This document shows, piece by piece, positions 48,690-59,999 of a stretch of DNA of 64,000 nt; within the stretch, counting starts at the first letter, position 1; the number at the start of each line of letters is the position of its first letter. A program made the position numbers and the translations under genes. This DNA comes from Chiloscyllium plagiosum (lineage: Eukaryota), in the NCBI RefSeq assembly GCF_004010195.1, contig NC_057757.1, positions 1,862,985-1,926,984 of the forward strand, given 5' to 3'. A model generated the notes under the pieces. It had not been told where the DNA came from. It worked only from the letters and a program-made list of their open reading frames with translations, and did not search any database.

Positions 48690-50040
48690 ACTAAAAATCA
48701 CAACACCAGGTTGTAGTTCAACAGGTTTATTTGGAGGTACAATGGTACGCTGCTCCTTCGTAAGGGAGCTAGTGGGACAGGATCATTGGACACAGAATTT
48801 ATAGCAAAAGATCAAAGTGTCCTACAACTGATGTGATGTATTGAACAAATGTAGACTGTTGTAAAGCCTTTAATCACTTAGAATGGGGATGCAGGTTTCG
48901 ATTGATTAATATGTACATCACAACTTCGTTCCAGTATTAGTCCCAAGATAACTTAACATTTTTAAAAAAAGGTAACATCTCAGCTCAGACAATATATTAA
49001 AGATAGGAGGCGAGAGTCAGTCTATATCCCAACCTTGAGTCAGTCTGATTCTATTTCCAAAGTAGGAATTCATAAAATGTCACATGGACTGACTTGCCTA
49101 TAGTTTGCATGGTTTTTGAACAAAATAGAAAGAATCTGCAAATACAAACATGCAAATTCACCTCAGACTTGTGTGTACACACATTTGTGTTGGGGGTGGG
49201 GGGGGGGGGGAGGGGAGAGAGGGAGGGAGAGGGAGGGAGGGAGGGAGCGACAGTCGGGGGAGATGGAGATGCAGGTTCAGACAGAGACACAGAGATGGAG
49301 GGAGGGAGGGAGGGAGGGAGGGGGAAGAGAGAGAGAGAGAGAGACACACACACACAGACAAATAGAGAGAAAGAATAATAATAGTGCCCACATGAGTGTG
49401 ACAGACTACATGCCTGCAAGAGGGGATGAGCATGAATATGCACATGTTTGAGAGGGGTGTGGGTGTGCATGTATGCATGCTTGTGTGCAGGGTGGAGTCG
49501 TGTCACCTACAGTGTGACATGAATCCAAGATCCCAATTGAGCCATTCTGATGGGTACCGAACTTGGCTATCAGCCTCTGTTCAGTGACTCTGCATTGTTG
49601 TGTATCCTGAAGTCCACCTTGAAGGACGGTCAGCTGAAGATCCAAGGCCGAAGGTTCCCCGACAGACAGACTCTAACCTCATACCTTTAATGCACTGTCT
49701 GAGCAGAGATGTCATTTTAAAAAAAAAATAAAACCTTAAGTTATCTCAAGACTGCGACTTGAAAGAAGTTCTGGGATTTACATATTAATCAATCGAAACC
49801 TGCATCCCCATTCTAAGCGATTAAAGACTTAACAGTAATCTAGGTTTGTTTAATACATTGCGTTAGTTGTATGACACTGATCTTTTGCTATAAATTCTGT
49901 GCCCTATGTTCCTGTCCCACTAACTATCTGATGAAGGAGCAGAACTCCGAAAACTTGTTCTTTCAAATAAACCTGTTGGATTATCACCTGGTATTGTGAG
50001 ATTTTTAAACCTTGTCCACCCCAGTCCAACATTAGCACCT
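48690..50040. mobile_element. Penelope-like element with ~270-bp inverted terminal arms
   Basis: ~48694-48965 is the reverse complement of ~49730-50007. Minus-strand GIY-YIG tail LQGGLQDTQQCRVTEQRLIAKFGT. Hammerhead CTGATGA-aggagcagaactcc-GAAA at 49928-49952. Short ACATCAA duplication at the flanks. Confidence 0.85.
49190..49372. repeat. Compound poly-G/(GGGA)n/(GA)n/(CA)n microsatellite
   Basis: Directly visible low-complexity tract inside the PLE. Confidence 0.9.
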
Positions 50041-50799
50041 CCACATCAATGATGTTCAGGGTCCTGCCATTAACGGTATACTTTTCCCTAGCATTTGATT
50101 TTCCAACTTGCAGCACCTCACACTTAGCTGGATTAAACTCCATCTGCCATATCTGCAACTGATCTATATTCCACTAGATCCTTTGATAATCTTCTACACT
50201 ATCTGCAACTCCATCAATTTGAGTGATGGCGCAAACTTTCTAACCCATCTATCCACGTTTTCATCCAAGTCATTTATATATATCTCAAACAGAGATCCCA
50301 GTATGGATCCCTGCAGAACACAATTAGTCGTGGACCTCCAGCCAGAAGAACTCACTTCCATTACTACCCTTTGTCTTCTAAGGGCAGGTGAATTCTGACT
50401 CCAAGCGACAGTCACTGTGGATCCCATGCATCTTCAACCTCTGGTTGAGCGTCCAGTGAGAGACTTGTCGAAAACCTTACTAAAAATCATGTAGTCAACA
50501 TCCAGTGCTCTACTCTCATTGATCCCCTTTATCACCATTTGAGATGTGGAGAAATTCTTCAAAGGACAGCAAATCTTTGGAATTCTCTACACTGGAGGGC
50601 TGAGAAAGATCAATCATTCAGTATATTTAAGGGAAATTGAAAAAAATGTATATGCTAATAATAGCCATGGGATGAGGAAAGCATGGAAAAGTTACATAAA
50701 AGTTTAAAATTAACCATGATTATCTGAATAGCAAAGTTGGCTCAAAAGACTGAATATCTAAAGAACATAACTGCTAGATTGAATCTGCCAGAAAGCAGA

Positions 50800-52870
50800 G
50801 AGAGTACAAGTGGAAAACAACTTACTTGATCTCATTCTCATCAATTTACCTTTCACAAATGCCTATTCATTACAGTACCAGAAGAGGTGGCCACAACAAT
50901 AATTTCCAACATGTTGCGTGGCACTACGACTGTGATCATTGGGACAGATTGCGAACAGATCCATCAACTCAAAACTGGGCATTTATGACCACCTGATTGG
51001 TATTCTACCACAATCTGTAATCCCATGGCCTGGCCTTTCCCTATTATCACCAAGCTAAGTGGTCAACCGTAACACAATTAAGGGTACTGGAAGACATGCC
51101 GAAAAATGTGCGCATCAACCCAGCGATGCTATAGCAGACTACTTGAATGCCATACAGTGGAAGCAGGAAGCAATAGCCAAGTTAAGCTATTCTACAATCA
51201 AGAAATCATACTCAAACTTCATAGCCTTGCCTCTTCCAGTAACAAATGCTGGTGGACAATTAAACAACTAAAGGGCAAAATATCTCCTAAAATATCACCA
51301 TCCTCGACAATGAGGAAACCAAGCACATCACTACAAAAGACAAAGCTGAAACACTTGCACCCATCTTCAGCCAGTAGTGCCAAGTGGACGATCCATTTCA
51401 GCCTCATAGATGCCAGTCTTCAACCTAATGGATTCACATGTGATATCACGAAACCAATGAAGTCACTGGTTAAGGGCCTAACAACAATCCAACAATAGTA
51501 CTGCACATCAGTACTCCAATATAAAAAAAGCATCCTTTGCCAAGCTGTTCCAGTACATCTACATTTCCAAATGAATGACAATAGGGAAAGTTGTTCATCA
51601 ACAAAAAGGCAACATTTGATACGGGAGGATAGCATGGAGCCCTAATGAAACTGGAGTTATTGGGAATTGAGGGGAAAATTCTGCAGGATAATTATGTCAG
51701 GTCTGAGATATCATTTTCGATGCTCTAATGTCCTCAGCCCAACCATCCTCAGTTGCTTTATGAAGGGCCCATCTTTCATTGAGAGATTAGAAATTGGGAT
51801 GTTTACTGACATTCAGTGCCACAGATACGGAATCAGGCTGCATCCATTTGCAAAATCTGAACCAGATCTAGGTTTGGGTTGACAAGGAACACTCGCCACA
51901 CAAGTGCCGGGCAATGACCATCGCCAACAAGAGCAAATTTAACTATTGTCCCTTGATGTTGAATAGCAATTTCATTGCTGAAACACCCACTATCAGCAAC
52001 TTGAGGGATATCATTGACCAGAAACTGAATTGTACCAGCCATATAAATACTGTGGCTATAAGAGTAGACAAGAAGATAGGAATGCTGCAGCAAATAACAT
52101 ACATCCCACCTCCCAAAGCCAGCACACCATCTAAAGGCAGAGGTCAAGCGTGTGTTGTAATACTATCCACTTGCGTGAATGGGATCAGCTGAAAACACTC
52201 AAGAAGCTTGACAGCATCAGGACAAAGTAGTCTATCCAATGTCTTCAACGTTCTCTCCTCCTACTACTGATGCAAAGCGGCAGCAGCGTATACCATCTAC
52301 AAAATGTATTGCTGTAACTTAACAAGGCTCCTTCAACAGCCCTTCCACACCCACAGCCTTTACCATTTAGAAGAACAAGGGCCACAGATAAGTGGGAGTA
52401 CCACAATGGGCAGCACAGTGGTTAGCACTGCTGCCTCACAGCGCCAGAGACCCGGGTTCAATTCCCGCCTCAGGCGACTGACTGTGTGGAGTTTGCATAT
52501 TCTCCCCGGGTCTGCGTGGGTTTCCTCCGGGTGCTTCGGTTTCCTCCCACAGTCCAAAAATGTGCAGGTTAGGTGAATTGGCCATGCTAAATTGCCCGTA
52601 GTGTTAGGGGCAGGAGTAAATGTAGGGAAATGGGTCTGGGTGGGTTGCGCTTCGACGGGTCGGTGTGGACTTGTTGGGCCGAAGGGCCTGTTTCCACACT
52701 GTAAGAAATCTAATCTAATCATCTGTAAGCTTCCTGCCAAGCCACATTCCATCCCAACTTGGCCTTATCAATGCTCTTTTAACGTTGGTGGGTGAAAGCC
52801 TGAGAAATTCCTTCCCAACAATACTGTTCATGTCAATACTTCTCAAGGACTGCAGCAGTTTAAGAAAGAC
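50800..52870 (+). mobile_element. CR1/L2-group LINE remnant (same family as 11110-11905), interrupted by HE1 SINE
   Basis: CWWTIKQL, VLSPTILSCFMKGPSFIERLEIGMFTD, IIDQKLNCTSHIN. Confidence 0.75.
52408..52722 (+). mobile_element. HE1 SINE, young subfamily
   Basis: CpG-retaining copy nearly identical to the inverted copy at 58833-59145. Confidence 0.93.
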
Positions 52871-53802
52871 ATTGGACTGAAGTGCCTTCCTCTGCACTGC
52901 AAACATCAGAGTTCAAGAATAAAGCAGTCCAATTATTAATTGGAGGTTATTGCTATCTGGGCACAGAAAATCAAGAAAATCAGTGTAGCATCCTCAGAAA
53001 GCATCTGATCTTCATTGTACAACTTGTGGCATTTTCATCTGTTCAAGAGTTGCACTGATTTGCTTCAAGCAAAAAGGTAAACTAGAAGTAGCGCTTTCAA
53101 AATCCAAGTTGGTATGCAAAACAATGGTTTGAAATGTGTTCCTATTACTCTGAGCTCGCCATCAAAAGGCAGACCACATAAAAGTTATGCTGAAGCTCAA
53201 TTTGCATGTGCCATCTGGAGCAAAGATGATTTATTGGAAAATCACCCTCAAGTTTCATAAACTACAAGGACCTTATGAACTGCTTTACATTGGGAGTAGT
53301 TTTCCACTGTTATATGTTACACTTCCTGCAAAAGAAACTGTTAACCTGAATAGGTTTCAGCAAGTTAGCACAAGTAAATATGTTATCTTTTTCCCCTGTA
53401 GAATAGAAAATCAACTATCAAACTACAAGAAGGAATGTCAAAAATACTATTGGGCACCAATTTGCTTGTTTTTTTTAGAAAACAAGGACGAGGAGTCCAT
53501 GTTTAAAAATTATTCATCGTAGGCCAAATTATTCAGGGTGCAAGTAGGACATGAATTTGAACAGCATCATTAAGCAGGTTTTCCAAGATGCAAATACATG
53601 TGTAAAACAGAAATTCTAATTTTTAGTCACTTACTTCAATGCAAACTGTTCAAAGTTTCTGAAAAAAAATCTTATTAATTTAAATAGATTCCATGTGGTC
53701 AACATTTAAATACTGTAATTGTGGAAAGTAAATACTGACAAACACCTGAAGTCAAACCATTTAAGTGTGAAGTATGATCCCATTTCCTTGGGATCTGCAT
53801 AC

Positions 53803-53876
53803 CTAGGTACACCAAACACGAACATCATGTTCTGATCCTGCAGTGTGTTGGCCTGCTTCTTCATTCTGTGTAGAAT
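53803..53876 (-). CDS. Weak candidate exon of minus-strand gene
   Basis: Donor AG|gtatgc; with acceptor atatgtcag| it reads ILHRMKKQANTLQDQNMMFVFGVP (phase 0-2). A stronger acceptor 19 nt upstream gives stops in all frames. Confidence 0.25.
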
Positions 53877-55159
53877 CTGACATATTTACCCAGGCCTGAT
53901 AAAAACATCAGGATAAAATTTTAACCTATTCTCTGTAGAAACATACACACAATTAGGGCAACTGTGATTATTTTACTTTTTAATCTGAAAACTGAACTTC
54001 TGTAATTTATTAACCTAGGATGTGTTGTTAGCGTTTACTACATAGTTGTTGGACACAGAAAATTAGTTTAACCACCTCTACCAGGTAAAAATGGTGCTTT
54101 GCACAAAAGATCAAAAAATAGCTGAACATTTAATTTATGCTTCTGCTCATCATTAATTTCACAGCCATTACTAAACAGAGTCTAAGCACGATGCATAAGT
54201 GAATTTTAGCTAAGATTTTAAATACAAAGGCTTTCTGATGATAGACTTGCTGAAAATCAACTTCAGACTAAAATGAAGTTGCTTATCTCAGTGGCTACAA
54301 CAACCTAACGTAGATTTAATATAAGACCAAGAGAGATATTTTTCCATTCTGGTCTGATCAAGTTTAAGGAAGCAAATATTGAAGGATAAACTAATTTTCT
54401 TTAGAGACCACTGACATTTTATTTAAGCAATTTGGTTTTACTGGAGAATTTACAAAACAGCAACACTGATTTAATCTACTGTTAAGGTAAAACTAACTTC
54501 AGTTCAAAATCAATTGTTACACATTAATAGTTTCCTTTCAAAGGAAGGAAAGAAAGGCAGAAATTCAAAATTTCTTTTTGAAATTAAGCTAAAGATATTA
54601 AATCAATTCTCAATGGTAGACTTGGTAATTTGAAACTGGTAGGCTGGCAATTTAATTGTTCTGCTGATATTGGACCTTCCATATCAAGAAAAGCTAGATC
54701 ATCATTGGGTGACATAACCGGCAGGATCCCAAGAAAACTGTACAGAAGCTGCAGTAATACCCTGGAACAATCGGGCTTAGCTGGTTTACCTCTCGTGCTA
54801 TTTAGTGTTCTACCCTTCTCCATTTCCCTAGCTGTTGCGCTCACTTCTGATTCCACTTTTTATTTCAACCTGCTGTCCAGGCAGGAGAATAAAATTCCAG
54901 TTAAAGATGGGTCTAACAATATTTGAGACCAGTCTAAAATCATCAACAATTTCTGTGTTAATCCCCATATTGGGCATTAGCAATCATGGCACAGGAAGTG
55001 AAGAAAGGTTGACAAAGATAAGCATAAGATCAAACAGGAAATAAGGCAGGAAAAGCAGAGACCAGCTGTAAAAAGACAAAAGTTGAAAGATAATTATGGG
55101 CAGACCTTTCTGATGCATTGCTTTTGGAATGCCAAAATCAGTTTGGAACCACTATCTTA

Positions 55160-55935
55160 GAGAATCAGAGATGTACAGCATGGAAAAAAAACTCTTCGAT
55201 CCAACTTGTCCATGCTGACCAGATATCCAAAATTAATCTAGTCCCATTTGCCAGCACTTGGCACATATCCCTCTAAACCCTTCCCTTCCTATTCATATAC
55301 CCATCTAGATGCCTTTTAAATGTTCTAACTGTACCAGCCTCCATCATTTTCTCTGGCAGCTTAATCGAGACATGCACCACCCTCTGCATGAAAACGTTGC
55401 CAGTTATGTCCTTTTAAATCTTTCCCCCTCACCTTAAACCTGTGCCATCTAGTTTTGACTCCCCACGCTGGAGAAAAGACTTTATCTATTTACCCTATCC
55501 ATGCCCTTCATGATTTTATAAACCTCTACAAGGTCATCCCTCAGCTTCTGACACTCCAGGGAAAACAGCCCCAGCCTATGCAGCCTCTCCCAAATCACTC
55601 ATTCCCTCCAACTCTGGCAAATCCTTGCAAATCTTTTCTGACCCTTTCAAGATGCACAACATCCTTCTTACAACAGGGAGACCAGAATTGCTTGCAGTAT
55701 TCCAAAAGTGGCCTAACCAACATCTTGCACAGCAGCAACATGACGTCTCAACTCCTATACTCAATGCACTGACCAAAAAAGGCAAGCATACCAAATACCT
55801 TCTTCGCTATCATATCTACCTGCAACTCAACTTTCAAGGAACAATTAATCTGCACTCCAAGGTCTCTGTTCAGCAACACTCCCCAGGACTTTACCATTAA
55901 GCGTACAAGTCCTGCCCGATTTGCCTTTCGGCACC
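55160..55935 (-). mobile_element. HER1/CR1 LINE 3' portion
   Basis: RDLGVQINCSLKVELQVD..FGMLAF and 3' tail. Confidence 0.9.
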
Positions 55936-57540
55936 TCATATATAATTAAATTAACCTTATGCGGATGGGAGGATGTGGTCAGCTTTAAAGTCAACACATT
56001 TCTAATATTTTCTCGACACAAACATGCAAATCGGAAGGAGGAGTGGACTACTTGGCCTGTTGAGTCTGCTCCACTATTCAATATCATCATGCCAGGTTAC
56101 ACTCAGGGGACAGAAAGGGAACAGGCAGACAGTTCAGGGATCCCCTGTGGCTGTTATCCTCAATAACAAGCATAACATTTTGGACACTGCTGCAGGGGGG
56201 ACTTGCCAGGGGTAAGCCATGGGGTACAGGTTTCTGTTCCTCAGAAGGGAAGGGGGAAAGAGAAGTAGAGCATAAGTCATTGGAAACTCCATAGTGAGGT
56301 GAGCTTGTTTGCCAAATTTCTTCATGAGGGTTTAAATCAATTCAGCATGGGGATAGGAACCTGAATTGTAGCTCCAGTGTAGAGGAGGCTGAGAGCAGTG
56401 AGGTCATAAATAAGGCTTCAAGGTCATAAGAGTGTGTACCGGCAGGCAGGAAGGTGGTTTGAAGTGTGTCCATTTCAACGCCAGGAACATCCAGAATAAG
56501 GTGGGTGTTCTTGCAGCATGGGTTGATATGTGGGACTTTGATGTTGTAGCCATTTCGGAGACATCGATGGAACAGGGACAGGAATGGTTGTTACAGATTC
56601 CAGGGTTTAAATACTTCAGTAAGAACAGGGAAGATGGTAAGAGGGGGAAGTGTGGCATTGTTAGTCAAGGACAGTATTATGGTGGCAGAAAGAATGCTTG
56701 AAGAGGACACGTCTACTGAGGTAGTATGGACTGAGATTAGAAACAGAAAAGGAGAGGTTACTCTGTTGGGAGTTTTCTATAGGCCTCTGAATAGTTCCAG
56801 AGATGTACACAAAAGGATTGCAAAGATGATTCTGGATAGGAGCGAAAGTAGATGGTTAGTTGTTATGGGGGTCTTTAACTTTCCAAATATTGACCAGAAA
56901 TACTATAGTTAGAGTACTTTAGATGGGTCAGTTTTTGTCCAATGCGTGCGGAAAGGTTTCCTAACACAGTATGTAGTTAGGCCAACGAGAGGCGAGGCCA
57001 CATTGGATTTGGTACGGGGTAATGAACCAGGCCAGGTGTTAGATTTAATAGTGACCACAATTCAGTTACTTTTATTTTTAGCAATGGAAAGGGATAGGTA
57101 TATACCGCAGGGCAAGAGTTATAGCTGGGGGAAAAGCAACTATGATGTGATTAAGCAAGATTTAGGATGCACAGGATGGTAAGGAAACTGCAGGGAATGG
57201 GCACAATTGAAATGTGGAGCTTGTTCAAGGTATAGCTACTGCGTGTCCTTCATAAGTACGTACCTGTCAGGCAGGGAGGAAGTGGTAGAGCAAGGGAGCC
57301 ACAGTTTATGAAATAAGTTGAATGTCTTGTCAAGAGGAAGGAGGCGGCTTATGTAAAGATGAGACATGAAGGCTCAGGTAGGGCGTTTGAGAGGTACAAG
57401 TTAGCCAGGAAGGTCCTAAAGAGAGAGCTAAGAAGAACCAGGAGGGGATATGAGAAGTCATTGATAGGTAGGATCAAGGAAAATCCTAAAGCTTTCTATA
57501 CATATGTTAAGAATAAAAATATGACTAGAGTAAGATTAGG

Positions 57541-57667
57541 CAAAAGTGAGGACTGCAGATGCTGGAGATCAGAGTTTAGATTAGAGTGGTGCTGGAAAAG
57601 CACAGCAGGTCAGGCAGCAGCCAAGCAGCAGGAAAATCGACGTTTCGGACAAAAGCCCTTCGTCAGG
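57541..57667 (-). mobile_element. Solo PLE terminal repeat
   Basis: Reverse complement of 59211-59338; 9-bp TSD AAGATTAGG at 57532-57540 and 57668-57676. Confidence 0.88.
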
Positions 57668-57668
57668 A
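57637..57668 (-). ncRNA. Minimal hammerhead ribozyme motif (second PLE family)
   Basis: Minus strand tc-CTGACGA-agggc-tttt-gtcc-GAAA-cgtc-ga: intact core, 4-bp stem II, GUC site. Confidence 0.7.
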
Positions 57669-57825
57669 AGATTAGGGTCAGTCAACGACAGTAGTAAATG
57701 TGGAGTCAAAGGAGAAGGGACAGGCATTAAATGAATATTTTTGTCCGTAATCACACAGGAAAAAGACAATGCTGTCAAGGAGAATACTGAGATACAGGCT
57801 ACTAGCATAGACAGGATCGAGGTTC

Positions 57826-57959
57826 TAAACCTAAATACATAAATAGAAAGCCGGTCACTAACACCAGTGCATCGCTGGAAGCTCACTGATAATATTACCT
57901 GGTATGGTGACAAAACATCTGAAAATGAACCTTCCAGCTCAGCGAGAAACTTACATCCA
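57826..57959 (+). mobile_element. Solo PLE terminal repeat (fourth family) with decayed hammerhead
   Basis: CTGATAA-tattacctggtatggtgac-AAAA and CTTCCAGCTCAGCGAG, similar in layout to the 5427 family; TSD GGAT(C/T)GAGGTTC at 57814-57825 and 57960-57971. Confidence 0.7.
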
Positions 57960-58224
57960 GGATTGAGGTTCATAAGAAGGTGGTGTTAGCAATTCTACAA
58001 AGCGTGAAAATAGATAAGTCGTCTGGGCTGGATGGGATTTATCCTAGGATTCTCTGGGAATCCAGGGAGGAGATTACAGAGCCTTTGACATTTATGTTGT
58101 CATTGTCTACAGGAGTAGTGCCAGAAGTCTGGGGGATAGCAAATGTTGTCCACTTGTTCAAGAAGGGGAGTAGAGACAACGCTGGTAATTAAAGACAAGT
58201 GAGCCTTACTGCGGTCGTGGGCAA

Positions 58225-59340
58225 AGACCGTTCCCTCCATGACTACCTGGTCAGGTCCATGCCCCCCAACAAACCACCCACCCCGCCACCGCAGGAATTG
58301 CAAAACCTGGCCGACAGCTCCTCCCTCACCACCATCCAAGGCCCCAAAGAAACCTTCCATATCCAAAGTTTCACCTGCACATCCACCAATGTCATTTATT
58401 GTATCTGTTGCTCCCGATGCGGTCTCCTCTACATTGGGGAGACTGGACGCCTCCTTGCAGACCGCTTCAGGGAACATCTCCGGGACACCCACACCAATCA
58501 ACCCCACCGCCTCGTGGCCCAATATTTCAATACCCCCACCCACTCTGCCAAGGACATGCAGGTCCATGGCCTCCTCCACCGCCGCTCCCTCACCACCCGA
58601 CACCTGGAGGAAGAACTTATCTTCCGCCTCGGAACACTTCAACCCCAGGCATCAATGTGGACTTCACAAGTTTTCTCATTTCCCCTCTCCCCACCTTACT
58701 CCAGTTCCAACCTTCCAGCTCGGAACTGTCCTCATGACCTGTCCTACCTGCCAATCTCTCTTCCCGCCTACCTGCTCCACCCTCCCCTCTGACCTATCAC
58801 CTCTATCCCCAACCCCATTCACCTATTGTGCTGATTAGATTAGATTACTTAGAGTGTGGAAACAGGCCCTTCGGCCCAACAAGTCCACACCGACCCGTCG
58901 AAGCGCAACCCACCCAGACCCATTCCCCTACATTTACCCCTGCACCTAACACTACGGGCAATTTAGCATGGCCAATTCACCTGACCTGCACATTTTTGGA
59001 CTGTGGGAGGAAACTGGAGCACCCGGAGAAAACCCACGCAGACACGGGAGAATGTGCAAACTCCACACAGTCAGTTGCCTGAGGCGGGAATTGAACCCGG
59101 GTCTCTGGCGCTGTGAGGCAGCAGTGCTAACCACTGTCCCACCGTGATCTTTGCTACCTTCTCTTCCCCCCCCCCCATTTATCTCTCCACCCTGAGGCTT
59201 CCTGCAGCTATTCCTGATGAAGGGCTTTTGCCCGAAACATCGATTTTCCTGCTCCTCAGATGCTGCCTGACCTGCTGTGCTTTTCCAGCAACACTGATCT
59301 AAACTCTGGTTTCCAGCATCTGCAGTCCTCACTTTTGCCT
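58225..59340 (+). mobile_element. Penelope-like element 3' portion (GIY-YIG endonuclease, terminal repeat)
   Basis: NVIYCICCSRCGLLYIGETGRLLADRFREHLRD..LEEELIFRLGTLQP; ends with CTGATGA-agggcttttgccc-GAAA at 59214-59237; contains an HE1 SINE. Confidence 0.92.
58833..59145 (-). mobile_element. HE1 SINE, young subfamily, nested in PLE
   Basis: (ATTAG)n tail and reverse-complement head. Confidence 0.93.
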
Positions 59341-59999
59341 AGACAGATCTCGGTGTCCATGTGCATAGATTCCTGAAAGTTGCCACCCAGGTTGATCGTG
59401 TTGTTAAATTGCAGTACCGTGTTAGCTTTTATTGGTAGAGGGATTGAGTTTTGGAAACATGAGGTTATGCTGCCACACTTGAAGTAGTGCATACAGTTCT
59501 GGTCATCACATTATACGAAGGATGTAGAACCTTGGAAAGGGTGCAGAGGAGATTTACCAGGATGTTGCCTGGTACGGAGGTAAGATCTTATGGAGGAAAG
59601 GCCAAGGGACTTGAGCATGTTTTCGTCAGAGAGGAGGTGGTTGAGAGGAGACTTAGAGACATAAAAGATGATCAGAGGATTAGATAGCGTGGACAGTAAG
59701 AGCCTTTTTCCTCAGACGGTGATAACTAGCAGAAGGTGGCATAGCTTTAAATTGAGGGGTGATAGATAAAGGATAGTTGTCAGAGGTAGGTTCTTTACTC
59801 AGAGTAGTAAGGGTGTTGAATGCCCTACCTGCAATAGTAGTAGATTCGCCAACTTTAAGGGCATTTATATGGTCATTGGATAGGCATAAGGATGATAATG
59901 GAATAGTGTAGTAGGTTAGATGGGCTTCAGATTGGTTTCATGGGTTGGCGCAACATCAAGGGACGAAGGGCTGCGCTGCACTGTAATGTTCTCTGCCCA

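Larger units (their letters stand above)
48420..50540 (-). mobile_element. CR1 LINE RT remnant interrupted by PLE at ~48690-50040
   Basis: VLQGSILGSLFEIYINDLD, WQMEFNPAKCEV, LVRLHLEYCIQVW. Confidence 0.85.
56095..59995 (+). mobile_element. Long decayed CR1 LINE (ORF1 remnant, APE endonuclease, partial RT, 3' tail) with nested PLEs and SINE
   Basis: VIGNSIVR (GDS-esterase-like ORF1), FNARNIQNK..DVVAISET, GVFYRP, GVFNFPNID, KENPKAFY.YV, DKSSGLDGIYPRIL and LERVQRRFTRMLPG. Confidence 0.9.

Noticed and set aside
49051-49506. Several overlapping ORFs of 70-150 aa
   Set aside because: Produced by the GA/CA microsatellite.
53187-55044. ORFs at 53187-53522, 54584-54856 and 54630-54926
   Set aside because: No recognisable domain and no consistent splice-site pair; cannot be supported as coding.
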